Assembly: GCF_000025925.1 (NCBI RefSeq)
Contig: NC_014033.1
Coordinates: forward strand, 1,590,001-1,622,000
Origin: Xylanibacter ruminicola 23
GTDB taxonomy: Bacteria > Bacteroidota > Bacteroidia > Bacteroidales > Bacteroidaceae
DNA length: 32,000 bases
Reading direction: 5' to 3'
Within the stretch, counting starts at the first letter, position 1. Each line of letters starts with the position of its first letter. Both the position numbers and the translations under genes were made by a program. Positions 1-8,012 of the stretch are shown here, piece by piece. The notes below the pieces were generated by a model. It was not told the origin of the DNA and ran no database searches. It worked only from the letters and a program-made list of their open reading frames with translations.

Positions 1-1
1 A

Positions 2-565
2 TGGATTGATTTCTTTTTCGCAGGTATATGTCTGATTGTATTCTCACCATTGTTTTTAGCTTGTTATATTGCTATCAAGCGCGACCACGATGGTCCAGTG
101 ATATTCAAACAAGAACGTATAGGCCGATTCGGACGACCGTTTACTATCTATAAGTTTCGCAGCATGACGGTTAACGCCGAATCCAAGGGTCCACAACTGT
201 GTAGTGAGCACAGAGACAAGCGCCTTACTAAAACAGGCAAGTTTCTGCGCGAGCATCATCTCGACGAACTGCCTCAGCTATGGAATATCTTCATTGGCGA
301 TATGGCCTTTATCGGTCCGCGTCCTGAACGAAAATTCTATATCGACCAGATTATCCAGCACGATCCACGCTACACCTATCTTTATCAGATACGTCCAGGC
401 ATCACATCGATGGCCACACTCTATAATGGCTATACCGATACGATGGAGAAAATGCTGAAACGATTAGAGATGGACCTCGACTACCTGAAGCATCGCTCAT
501 GGTGGCTCGATGGTAAGATTCTGTGTCTTACCTTCCTCAAGATAGCCTTTGGCAAGAAGTTCTAA
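2..565 (+). CDS. Bacterial sugar transferase (polyprenyl-phosphate hexose-1-phosphate transferase family), 5' end cut by window edge
   Basis: The frame is open from base 2 (WIDFFFAGICLIVFSPLFLACY...), upstream of the ORF-track Met. Family motifs are present: PVIFKQERIGRFGRPFTIYKFRSM, DELPQLWNI, GDMAFIGPRPE. TAA stop at 563-565. Confidence 0.85.
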   Translation, partial: WIDFFFAGICLIVFSPLFLACYIAIKRDHDGPVIFKQERIGRFGRPFTIYKFRSMTVNAESKGPQLCSEHRDKRLTKTGKFLREHHLDELPQLWNIFIGDMAFIGPRPERKFYIDQIIQHDPRYTYLYQIRPGITSMATLYNGYTDTMEKMLKRLEMDLDYLKHRSWWLDGKILCLTFLKIAFGKKF

Positions 566-957
566 AACTTTCTGAACTCCAGATGTGTGGTGTTATTATC
601 AAGCACCATTCTGCTACTGGTCAGCTCTGAGATGCGAAACTCGGTACTGGTATTGCTAATGCCATAAGGTATGAGCATATCAGCATCCTTGAGGGCAACA
701 TCGTCGGAGTCGCGATCCACTCTGTAAGGATCCGACAGTTTCAGTTTATCACCTTCGCGAGTAAAACTCATCACAATATCCTGATGCACTTTTTTCACAT
801 CACGCAGTTCCAGAATGTGTCCCTGAAAAGCCCAAGTGATGCCAGGCGAAGAACTCATCTGCCAAAAGCCATCAAGATGTCCGTTGGCCGAATCTTCTTT
901 ATCACAACTGGTCAGCAACAAGGTTACACCTATTATAATATATAATAAACGCTTCAT
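562..957 (-). CDS. Small lipoprotein, lipocalin-like domain candidate
   Basis: Signal peptide plus lipobox (MKRLLYIIIGVTLLLTSC). GFW motif (LDGFWQM) typical of lipocalin-like lipoproteins. Stop TAG at 562-564 overlaps the convergent sugar transferase stop by 4 nt. Confidence 0.6.
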   Translation of the reverse strand: MKRLLYIIIGVTLLLTSCDKEDSANGHLDGFWQMSSSPGITWAFQGHILELRDVKKVHQDIVMSFTREGDKLKLSDPYRVDRDSDDVALKDADMLIPYGISNTSTEFRISELTSSRMVLDNNTTHLEFRKF

Positions 958-969
958 CTTTACAAACTG

Positions 970-2454
970 TTATTTAATCAATCCTGTTTTTACGATAGAC
1001 AGATGGAAACCGAAGTTGTCGCCTCGCAACTTACCGAAGTCGGCAGCTACAGCACCTTTTATGCTCCAACCATCCTTTAGCATATAATCAGCCTCAGCCA
1101 TACAACTTACATTCTCCATGGGGTTGACTGGCAAGTAATAATACGAGCCATAACTCTTTTGCCATGAAGCCAGCACGCGATAGTTCAACTGTTGTATAGG
1201 CGAACCACTAAAACCTAAATGCCAAGCCACAAAGCGGTTATGCTCTACCTCAATATGTCCATCGGCATTATACAGCGGAGATACATAAAGCGGATTACCC
1301 ATCACCTGTCCCCAATGCTGCCAACCGGTATAGAGATGGTGATTGTAGTAATTGTCGCGCCCACTTATCTGATAGCCTACATGACTGGTCTTGTCATGAT
1401 AAACCGGACCAGCCTGATACTTGGTGTACAGATACTCTACAACAATATTGTTGAGCCAAGCATTATCCTTCAGTTTCAGTTCGGCACCTAACAGCCAATC
1501 CTTAAAGTCGTACCAGAAGTACTTGTCGCCACTCTTGTTTACATGAAACATCATAGAGTTATCCTCGAAAAACTGATCGGCATATACAGCCAGATTCCAG
1601 GTAGGCTGATCGTAACTAAAACGTGCTACCCACGAACCCAACTGGTTACCTTCGGCATTCTTAAAATTGCCATCGGTAGCATCAGTTCCGCCTGGAATAA
1701 AAGCATTCTTAAAGGCTTTTAAACCGCCATCATTGTCATACACCTTTTCTACGCCATTCTCAAACAGATGCGAGGTACCACCAAACTGGCAGGCCATTTC
1801 TAAGCCTAACTCGGCAGTAAAGTTGCCTGGACCAATCTTCAGATATCCTGCCTTACTATGGTAGAGCGTACCCTCGGTATATCGGTTCTGCGGAGCCACA
1901 AAATCCTTTTGCCAACCATCGTCGGTGGTTTTGCCGTAAGCGATATGTCCCTTCAGCGCCAACCAGTTATTTGTACCTGGGATAGTCCAGTATTCAGGCA
2001 ACGCCAATCGTACCTGAGGCACAGGACGGGCATTGATACCCAAGGTTTGAGAACCAGAACTCAACGCCTGGTTCTTCAGTTCCATCGGATATTCCTTGGC
2101 ACCAACAGTCAGTGTTCCCTTCAGCCAGCGACCTTCGACATAAGCCTGCTGAACCACCAACGTACTGGTGAAACCGGTAGCCACAGCCACATCGGCCCCG
2201 TATCCAATCCCCCACTTGCGCCCATCATCAGCACTGAGCTTTCGTTCTATCGCACCACGCACATAGCCATTAGTGGTTTTCAGCGAACTAAGTCCATACT
2301 TGTTGGCATTCAACCACAAGGGCGCATGATCGCCCGACGACAAGGTAGCCTGCATCTCAACCCGATACTGAACACTATCGGTAAGCGAACGCTGCTGAGC
2401 GCTTATAGCAAAAGGGCTACACATTATTAATAATATAGACCAGAATTTCTTCAT
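970..2454 (-). CDS. Outer-membrane beta-barrel protein, capsule-assembly Wzi-like
   Basis: 494 aa with an N-terminal signal peptide (MKKFWSILLIMCSPFAISAQQ). HAPLWLNANKYGLSSL-type motif and an aromatic-rich, alternating beta-strand pattern ending in hydrophobic residues. Located near a polysaccharide sugar transferase. The family assignment is recalled, not searched. Confidence 0.6.
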   Translation of the reverse strand: MKKFWSILLIMCSPFAISAQQRSLTDSVQYRVEMQATLSSGDHAPLWLNANKYGLSSLKTTNGYVRGAIERKLSADDGRKWGIGYGADVAVATGFTSTLVVQQAYVEGRWLKGTLTVGAKEYPMELKNQALSSGSQTLGINARPVPQVRLALPEYWTIPGTNNWLALKGHIAYGKTTDDGWQKDFVAPQNRYTEGTLYHSKAGYLKIGPGNFTAELGLEMACQFGGTSHLFENGVEKVYDNDGGLKAFKNAFIPGGTDATDGNFKNAEGNQLGSWVARFSYDQPTWNLAVYADQFFEDNSMMFHVNKSGDKYFWYDFKDWLLGAELKLKDNAWLNNIVVEYLYTKYQAGPVYHDKTSHVGYQISGRDNYYNHHLYTGWQHWGQVMGNPLYVSPLYNADGHIEVEHNRFVAWHLGFSGSPIQQLNYRVLASWQKSYGSYYYLPVNPMENVSCMAEADYMLKDGWSIKGAVAADFGKLRGDNFGFHLSIVKTGLIK

Positions 2455-2462
2455 ACCGGGGG

Positions 2463-2470
2463 CAAAGATA
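2463..2470 (-). promoter_or_regulatory. -7 promoter box TATCTTTG for the Wzi-like gene
   Basis: The reverse complement of caaagata matches the Bacteroidota TAnnTTTG consensus. Only 8 nt separate the box from the ATG at 2454. Confidence 0.5.
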
Positions 2471-2612
2471 CGAATTTTTTCTTTCTTAAAAATACTTTTA
2501 GGGAATTTCCTCTACCTTATTAGGGAAAATCCTTTGCGTATAAACCCAAAATGTTGTTTCTTTGCACTGTGATTAACAAAACAGAATGTGAAACCATTTA
2601 AATGATACGATT

Positions 2613-3452
2613 ATGAAGAAGATGTTTTTCGCACTGATGGTGATGCTGACCTCGACAATGGCAGCGAGTGCAATGAGCTACGAGCAGGCCCGCAACGAAG
2701 CTCTGTTTCTCACCGATAAGATGGCGTACGAGCTGAACCTCACCGACGAGCAGTATGAGGCTGCATACGAGATAAATCTGGATTATCTGATGGGCGTAGC
2801 CGGACGCGATGATGTTTTTGGCACTTACTGGGAGCGCAGAAATCTTGATTTGAGCTATATCCTGTTCGACTGGCAGTGGAATGCATACATTGCAGCCAGC
2901 TACTTCTACCGTCCACTTTACTGGGAGGCTGGTTACTGGCACTTTGGAATCTATCGTCGCTATCCGCATCGCGATTTCTTCTACTTTGGTCGTCCGCACT
3001 TCTATGCGACCTATCGTGGTGGACATGCCTGGCACATTCATGGCACTCATGGCTACTACTATGGACGCAGAGAGCACTTCCGTCCTACTCACAGAGAGCA
3101 CTTCGGAATGCACGATCGCTGGAATCGTGGCGACTTCCGCAACCCTCGTCACAGTTCAACCCGTGTAACTGGTCGTCACGATAGTCATCGTATCGATGTT
3201 CGCCACGACAATTCTCGTCGTATCGAAGGCCGTCATGACAACCGTCGCATCGAAAATCGAGATAATGGCATGAACCGTCACCACAACGATATCAATCGCC
3301 ATAACGATACCAATCGTAATAATGGTTCGTTCAGTGGTCATCGCGGTGGTAGCAACTCACACACCAGAAGTATGGGCGGCGGTGCATCGCACAGTACATC
3401 ACACGGAACTCGCAGCGCTGGTGGCGACAGCCGCATGGGAGGACGCCGATAA
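2613..3452 (+). CDS. Secreted hypothetical protein with LTxxQ-like N-domain and aromatic/His/Arg-rich low-complexity C-terminal two thirds
   Basis: Signal peptide MKKMFFALMVMLTSTMAASA. LTDEQ motif (LNLTDEQYEAAYEINLDYL). Y/W/F/H-rich block at aa 85-165. Degenerate decapeptide repeats GRHDSHRIDV/RHDNSRRIEG/RHDNRRIENR, then a G/S/H-rich tail. Confidence 0.7.
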   Translation: MKKMFFALMVMLTSTMAASAMSYEQARNEALFLTDKMAYELNLTDEQYEAAYEINLDYLMGVAGRDDVFGTYWERRNLDLSYILFDWQWNAYIAASYFYRPLYWEAGYWHFGIYRRYPHRDFFYFGRPHFYATYRGGHAWHIHGTHGYYYGRREHFRPTHREHFGMHDRWNRGDFRNPRHSSTRVTGRHDSHRIDVRHDNSRRIEGRHDNRRIENRDNGMNRHHNDINRHNDTNRNNGSFSGHRGGSNSHTRSMGGGASHSTSHGTRSAGGDSRMGGRR

Positions 3453-3455
3453 GAC

Positions 3456-3965
3456 TTACAACTCAAGGATGCGGACCTCGGCGTTCTGCATCCTTTGAAT
3501 TTCGTTCATTGGCTTTTGATAGTAAAATGATTGTATAGCTTTGTTGATGATGCCATGGCCTACGGCCAACACCTTCTTTCCGGGGAATGTCTGCTTGACA
3601 TACGCGATGAATTCGCCCGCCCTGGAAAGAAGGTTTTCTAATGTCTCGATATCATCAGGCCAAACCTCGCCTTTCAAATCAGGAATAAAGCGCCCGGTAA
3701 AGCTTCCCCAATCGCGTTCACGAAGCAAAGGCGTAGTAAGCACCTCTAACTGATGTGGCTCGGCAATGATTCGGGCAGTATCAATAGAGCGTTTTAAATC
3801 GCTGGCCAATATAATATCAATCTCCTTATTCTTCCACTGCTCACTAAACGCACGAGCCTGCTGAACACCATTTTCGTTCAACTCGCCCTGAGTTTGTCCC
3901 TGCATAATCTGATTGGCGTTATCTACCGTCTCGCCATGTCTTACTAAGTATAAAGTTGTCATCAT
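3456..3965 (-). CDS. Histidine phosphatase family protein (phosphoglycerate mutase-like)
   Basis: N-terminal LYLVRHGETVDN (RHG catalytic motif) and downstream GHG (LAVGHGIINKA). 169 aa. Confidence 0.8.
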   Translation of the reverse strand: MMTTLYLVRHGETVDNANQIMQGQTQGELNENGVQQARAFSEQWKNKEIDIILASDLKRSIDTARIIAEPHQLEVLTTPLLRERDWGSFTGRFIPDLKGEVWPDDIETLENLLSRAGEFIAYVKQTFPGKKVLAVGHGIINKAIQSFYYQKPMNEIQRMQNAEVRILEL

Positions 3966-3981
3966 CTATTAAATTTTGCTG

Positions 3982-3989
3982 CAAAATTA
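3982..3989 (-). promoter_or_regulatory. -7 promoter box TAATTTTG for the histidine phosphatase gene
   Basis: TAnnTTTG match on the minus strand, 16 nt upstream of the ATG at 3965. Confidence 0.5.
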
Positions 3990-4021
3990 CAGAATAATTT
4001 GCTTTTTCCACCTTATTTTAT

Positions 4022-4029
4022 TATTTTTG
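4022..4029 (+). promoter_or_regulatory. -7 promoter box TATTTTTG for the membrane protein gene
   Basis: TAnnTTTG match 26 nt upstream of the ATG at 4056. Confidence 0.5.
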
Positions 4030-4055
4030 CAGCGTAAAACTTAGAATTATTATAT

Positions 4056-4703
4056 ATGAAGATATTACAAAGTTCCATTTTCCGTGCCATTTGCGCCATA
4101 GCCATTGGTATCATGCTGATTAAGTATCCTGATAATACTGTAAACTGGATTACAGTTGCTATAGGTATATTATTCCTGCTGTCGGGTGTTATCTCGATGG
4201 TGGTATATTACAATGCCACCAAGCATGTAGCCGAGTATAAGATTATGGACGAAAACGGACAGGTGATAGCTGGCGATAAACCAACATTCCCGCTTGTAGG
4301 TTTGGGTAGTATTATCCTAGGACTGATGTTGGCCCTCACGCCAACCGTATTTATTACAGCCCTGATGTACATCATCGGTGCTATACTGGTTCTGGGTGCT
4401 ATCAATCAGTATATGGCATTGGTAAGAGCACGCCGACTGGGCGGTATCGGCTTTGGTTATTGGATATTCCCATCGTTCATTCTCCTCACTGGTCTTTATG
4501 TGATGATTAAACCCATGAGTCCTGCCAGCATGGCTATGACAATATTAGGTTGGTGCTCGCTGCTCTATGGTGTTACCGAGATTATCAACTCGCTGAAGAT
4601 TCACTCTAACAAGCGTAAAGCCGAGAAGGCTCAGGAGATACCAGTAGCCGAGGAAGTGAAAGATGACGATAAAAAAGTTACGGAAGTGACTACACTCCCG
4701 TAA
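4056..4703 (+). CDS. Integral membrane protein (about 6 TM, DUF308/HdeD-like candidate) with acidic/lysine-rich C-terminal tail
   Basis: Repeated hydrophobic spans (AICAIAIGIMLI, WITVAIGILFLLSGVISMVVYY, LGSIILGLMLAL, MYIIGAILVLGAI and others). 14-bp convergent overlap with udk. The family call is weak. Confidence 0.6.
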   Translation: MKILQSSIFRAICAIAIGIMLIKYPDNTVNWITVAIGILFLLSGVISMVVYYNATKHVAEYKIMDENGQVIAGDKPTFPLVGLGSIILGLMLALTPTVFITALMYIIGAILVLGAINQYMALVRARRLGGIGFGYWIFPSFILLTGLYVMIKPMSPASMAMTILGWCSLLYGVTEIINSLKIHSNKRKAEKAQEIPVAEEVKDDDKKVTEVTTLP

Positions 4704-5304
4704 CGATTCCTTCGATATATGTCTTAAGGATGTGGATACCCGTGCGGTTATCTCCACCCCAGGGAACAATCAGGTCGGCAAACTTCTTTGTTGGCTCGAT
4801 GAATTGTTCGTGCATGGGCTTCAGCACCTTTTCGTAGCGATCCAGTACCATTTCTACAGTTCGTCCACGCTCTACCACATCGCGACGGATGTTACGGATC
4901 AAACGTACATCACTATCAGTATCTACAAATATCTTCAAGTCCATCATATCACGTAGTTTCTTGTGATGCAAGGCCATAATGCCCTCGATAATAATCACAG
5001 GCTTTGGCTCTACGTGGATAGTCTCCTTCTGTCGGTTACTCTCGATATACGAATATGTGGGCTGCTCAATAGCCTCGCCATTCTTCAACTTCTTGATATG
5101 CTCGGTGAGCAACTTCCAGTCGAAAGCGTCTGGATGGTCGAAGTTGATAGCCTTACGTTCCTCAGGAGTCATACCCGTTGTATCGTTATAATACGAGTCG
5201 AGGGGAACAACTGCTGCACAATGAGGAGGCAGAGCCTTGGATATTCTCTTAACTACGGTAGTCTTACCCGAACCGGTACCGCCTGCAATTCCAATGATTG
5301 TCAT
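4690..5304 (-). CDS. udk: Uridine kinase
   Basis: P-loop IGIAGGTGSGKTT at the N-terminus. 204 aa with the typical udk core (DSYY, FDHPDAFD, IIIEGI, DTDSDVRLIRNIRRD). The start overlaps the upstream gene stop (ATGA). Confidence 0.9.
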   Translation of the reverse strand: MTIIGIAGGTGSGKTTVVKRISKALPPHCAAVVPLDSYYNDTTGMTPEERKAINFDHPDAFDWKLLTEHIKKLKNGEAIEQPTYSYIESNRQKETIHVEPKPVIIIEGIMALHHKKLRDMMDLKIFVDTDSDVRLIRNIRRDVVERGRTVEMVLDRYEKVLKPMHEQFIEPTKKFADLIVPWGGDNRTGIHILKTYIEGIVTGV

Positions 5305-5879
5305 AATCTTAAGTATTTAAATACGATGTTATAAAATTCTGCTTTACGCTCTGTTTTCATGGGGTAAGCCCTCGAACTGCTTGGCATACGATAGAGTCGT
5401 ATCACCCTGTCGTCAAGTGTAAACTCTGCATATTCGCCAACTTTAGGGCCTTTAATACCATAATGGTTACAAAAAACGTCGGTGGCCAACTGGCCTGCTG
5501 TTATCACAGCCTCGCAGCAAGGCAAGCTTCTGAGCATGGCATCAAGATCGGTCTCTTCTACAATCTCCAAGTCCTTATCCGAAGCATTATCCTTTGTTCT
5601 GCGAATACGGGTGGCCGTATCATACATGGCAATTCCTTTTTCATTCAGGAAAGGGATAATCCGTTCCAAATCAAAGCGTTTCTCCTGTTCCAACACAAAA
5701 TGCTGCTTGTTATCAAAGAAACAGATGCCAAAGATACGCCACATGTCGTTGATGAAGTTGGGGTAATAGAAACGCATACACCATCGCTTTTCAGCAGGAG
5801 GGAAAGTGCCGAGCATCAATAGCTTAGCATGCCCAGGCATAAAAGGCTCGAAGGGATGTGATTCTATTATTTCGCTCAT
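5301..5879 (-). CDS. Uracil-DNA glycosylase superfamily protein (DNA-deoxyinosine glycosylase-like)
   Basis: LMLGTFPP...RFYYPNFINDMWRIFG resembles the G(S/T)xP(S/P)...YY..P.N.FW motif of UDG-superfamily hypoxanthine/uracil glycosylases. Translationally coupled on both sides (TGATG upstream, ATGA downstream). Confidence 0.55.
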   Translation of the reverse strand: MSEIIESHPFEPFMPGHAKLLMLGTFPPAEKRWCMRFYYPNFINDMWRIFGICFFDNKQHFVLEQEKRFDLERIIPFLNEKGIAMYDTATRIRRTKDNASDKDLEIVEETDLDAMLRSLPCCEAVITAGQLATDVFCNHYGIKGPKVGEYAEFTLDDRVIRLYRMPSSSRAYPMKTERKAEFYNIVFKYLRL

Positions 5880-6922
5880 CAGTTCTTCTTCAAATAAACC
5901 AAAGTGGGTAAGTGATCGCTATAGCCGTTCTGCCATTTGCCACCTGCGGTGGTACGTAGTGTATTGCCACGATACGCGCCTTCCTGCTGAATCAGGTAAT
6001 CGCGACGGAACACCTGATAATCAAAGAGTTTCAATGTAGAGTAATCCTCCTTACCTGACTTATTGAGCAGATTCGACGAGAGGATAATCTGATCGAAGAG
6101 ATTCCATGCCCCCTGAAACTGAAGTGTGCCCTGACCAGAGGCCAACATATTCCACCAAGGATTATAAAGTCCTCCCTCCTCTACTTCACTCATTTCGCGT
6201 CTGGCACCCAGGCATTTTGCCATCGATGCATCGTTGGGGTCATCGTTCATATCACCCATGATAAACAGCTTTACCTTGGGATCATCCTTCTGCAACGAGT
6301 CTTTTACTACACGCAACTGCGAACCACCATCCTCACGGGCATACGATGGTGCACCACGCGATGGCAGATGATTAACGATAATAGTAACATGCTCTTTGGC
6401 CATCGTACCACTAACCACCAGGAAACCACGAGTAGCACGACCGGCATCCTCTGGTCTATTATATATATAAGGTACAAGCTTTACATGATTAACCTTAAAA
6501 AGCTGGGGATTGTAAAGCAAAGCACAATCAATACCACGCTGATCGGGACCTTCGATATGCACGAACTTAAAGTTGCGAGCCTTCAAAGCTGGCTGATTGC
6601 ATAGATCGGTCAAGCACTTGGCATTCTCAACCTCTGCCACACCAATAGCAGCACAACCAACCTCGGGCAACTTATCGGTACCCATATCGGCCAGCACGCG
6701 AGCCATGTTATGCAACTTGCACTTATATTTCTCGGCGTCCCACTTAAACGAACCCTCAGGCAGGAACTCATAATCGTTCTTACCTTCGTCGTGAGTGGTA
6801 TCAAAAAGATTCTCAAGATTATAAAAACCAATGCCATACACTTGTTGCTCCTTTTTATTCTTGGCTTGGCATCCCACCAAAACAAGGAGTAATAAAAACG
6901 TTAAAAACTGAAATTTACGCAT
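5879..6922 (-). CDS. Endonuclease/exonuclease/phosphatase (EEP) family lipoprotein
   Basis: Lipoprotein signal MRKFQFLTFLLLLVLVGC. GFYNLENLFD N-terminal motif, GDMNDDP, and a C-terminal SDHLP motif typical of EEP nucleases. Confidence 0.8.
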   Translation of the reverse strand: MRKFQFLTFLLLLVLVGCQAKNKKEQQVYGIGFYNLENLFDTTHDEGKNDYEFLPEGSFKWDAEKYKCKLHNMARVLADMGTDKLPEVGCAAIGVAEVENAKCLTDLCNQPALKARNFKFVHIEGPDQRGIDCALLYNPQLFKVNHVKLVPYIYNRPEDAGRATRGFLVVSGTMAKEHVTIIVNHLPSRGAPSYAREDGGSQLRVVKDSLQKDDPKVKLFIMGDMNDDPNDASMAKCLGARREMSEVEEGGLYNPWWNMLASGQGTLQFQGAWNLFDQIILSSNLLNKSGKEDYSTLKLFDYQVFRRDYLIQQEGAYRGNTLRTTAGGKWQNGYSDHLPTLVYLKKN

Positions 6923-6942
6923 ATTAGTACTGTTTATGCTTG

Positions 6943-6950
6943 CAAAAATA
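6943..6950 (-). promoter_or_regulatory. -7 promoter box TATTTTTG for the EEP-UDG-udk operon
   Basis: TAnnTTTG match on the minus strand, 20 nt upstream of the ATG at 6922. Confidence 0.5.
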
Positions 6951-7014
6951 GCACAAAAAATTGAGTAAACAAAGAAAAAAGCACAAAAAGTTTGTAAATT
7001 CGGAAAAATCTTCG

Positions 7015-7022
7015 TAACTTTG
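7015..7022 (+). promoter_or_regulatory. -7 promoter box TAACTTTG for rpmE
   Basis: TAnnTTTG match with an upstream TTTG at 6991-6994 (-33-like, 20-nt spacer). 51 nt upstream of the ATG at 7074. The box lies inside the TTG-started ORF-track extension, which argues for the shorter CDS. Confidence 0.55.
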
Positions 7023-7073
7023 CACCCGCTTTATGCGAAATTAGTATTTATAACATTAATATTTAAACTCAAA

Positions 7074-7328
7074 ATGAAAAAAGGTATTCATCCAGAAAAC
7101 TATCGCCCCGTCGTATTCAAGGATATGTCCAACGGCGATATGTTCCTTACGAAGTCTACTGCAAAGACAAATGACACTGTAGAGTTCGAAGGCGAAACTT
7201 ACCCAGTGGTAAAAGTCGAAATTTCAAGCACCTCTCACCCATTCTACACAGGTAAGAGCAAGCTCGTTGACACTGCAGGACGTGTTGATAAGTTCATGAG
7301 CCGCTACGGTAAGGCTGCGAAGAAGTAA
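7074..7328 (+). CDS. rpmE: 50S ribosomal protein L31, type B (no CxxC zinc motif)
   Basis: [15 protein letters not shown]...HPFYTG...DTAGRVDKF is the canonical L31 signature. There are no cysteines, hence type B. The start was moved from the track TTG at 7020 to the ATG at 7074. Confidence 0.9.
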   Translation: MKKGIHPENYRPVVFKDMSNGDMFLTKSTAKTNDTVEFEGETYPVVKVEISSTSHPFYTGKSKLVDTAGRVDKFMSRYGKAAKK

Positions 7329-7353
7329 GATAAAACCGCAAAGAACATTAAAA

Positions 7354-7399
7354 GATGCGTCCATGGTAGTTGCATATGCCAAGGCCGCATTTTTTTTTA
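7354..7399 (+). terminator. Possible rho-independent terminator after rpmE
   Basis: Imperfect hairpin (ATGCGtCC ... GGcCGCAT) followed directly by a T9 run at 7391-7399. The long, poorly paired loop lowers confidence. Confidence 0.4.
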
Positions 7400-7431
7400 T
7401 TACAACAACCCGAATATTATTACAACACGAT

Positions 7432-7983
7432 ATGAAAACAGTTTATGACTTCACTGTCAAGGACAGAAAAGGAAAAGACGTATCTCTGAAAGAATACGCC
7501 AACGAGGTGTTGCTGATTGTAAACACAGCAACTAAGTGTGGATTCACGCCACAGTACGAGGAACTGGAGAAACTCTATGAGCAGTACCACAGTCAGGGTT
7601 TCGAGATTCTCGACTTCCCCTGCAACCAGTTCGGACAGCAGGCACCTGGTACCGATGAGAGTATCCACGAGTTCTGCAAGCTGAACTTTGGTACTGAGTT
7701 CCCACGCTTTAAGAAGATTAAGGTAAATGGCGACGACGCCGATCCTCTGTATAAGTTCCTTCAGGAGCAGAAAGGCTTTGCCGGTTGGGATATGAGCCAC
7801 AAGATTGCCCCTATCCTCGACGACATGCTCTCGAAAGAGGATCCTGACTACAAGCAGAAAGCTGATATTAAGTGGAATTTCACAAAGTTCCTGATTAACA
7901 AGAAGGGACAGGTTGTTGCTCGTTTTGAGCCTACTGAGAATATTGAGAATATTGCCAAGCAGATTGAAGAGCTGCTTAAGTAA
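7432..7983 (+). CDS. gpx: Glutathione peroxidase (Cys-type)
   Basis: LIVNTATKCGFTPQYEELEKLY and FPCNQFGQQAPG signatures, plus a WNFTKFLI motif. The start was set at MKTVYDF (7432) rather than the track start at 7363. Confidence 0.9.
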   Translation: MKTVYDFTVKDRKGKDVSLKEYANEVLLIVNTATKCGFTPQYEELEKLYEQYHSQGFEILDFPCNQFGQQAPGTDESIHEFCKLNFGTEFPRFKKIKVNGDDADPLYKFLQEQKGFAGWDMSHKIAPILDDMLSKEDPDYKQKADIKWNFTKFLINKKGQVVARFEPTENIENIAKQIEELLK

Positions 7984-8012
7984 TAGCCAACATATAAATA
8001 AACAGATATCAT

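Noticed and set aside
1858-2430. 190-aa plus-strand ORF inside the Wzi-like gene, together with other short ORFs at 1219-1491, 1667-1864 and 1994-2215
   Set aside because: They overlap a 494-aa ORF that has a signal peptide and beta-barrel character. They have no independent start or promoter signal.
2598-3152. 184-aa minus-strand ORF and alternative-frame ORFs (2876-3184, 2881-3168, 3156-3341) over the His/Arg-rich gene
   Set aside because: They arise from the repetitive, compositionally skewed sequence. Only the 2613-3452 frame has a signal peptide and a sensible start. No promoter is seen on the minus strand.
7074-7328. L31 type B as a Zur-regulated zinc-starvation paralogue
   Set aside because: No type A L31 or Zur-box-like palindrome is visible near its promoter. 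To my recollection the Cys-less form can be the sole L31 in Bacteroidota. This cannot be decided from this window.
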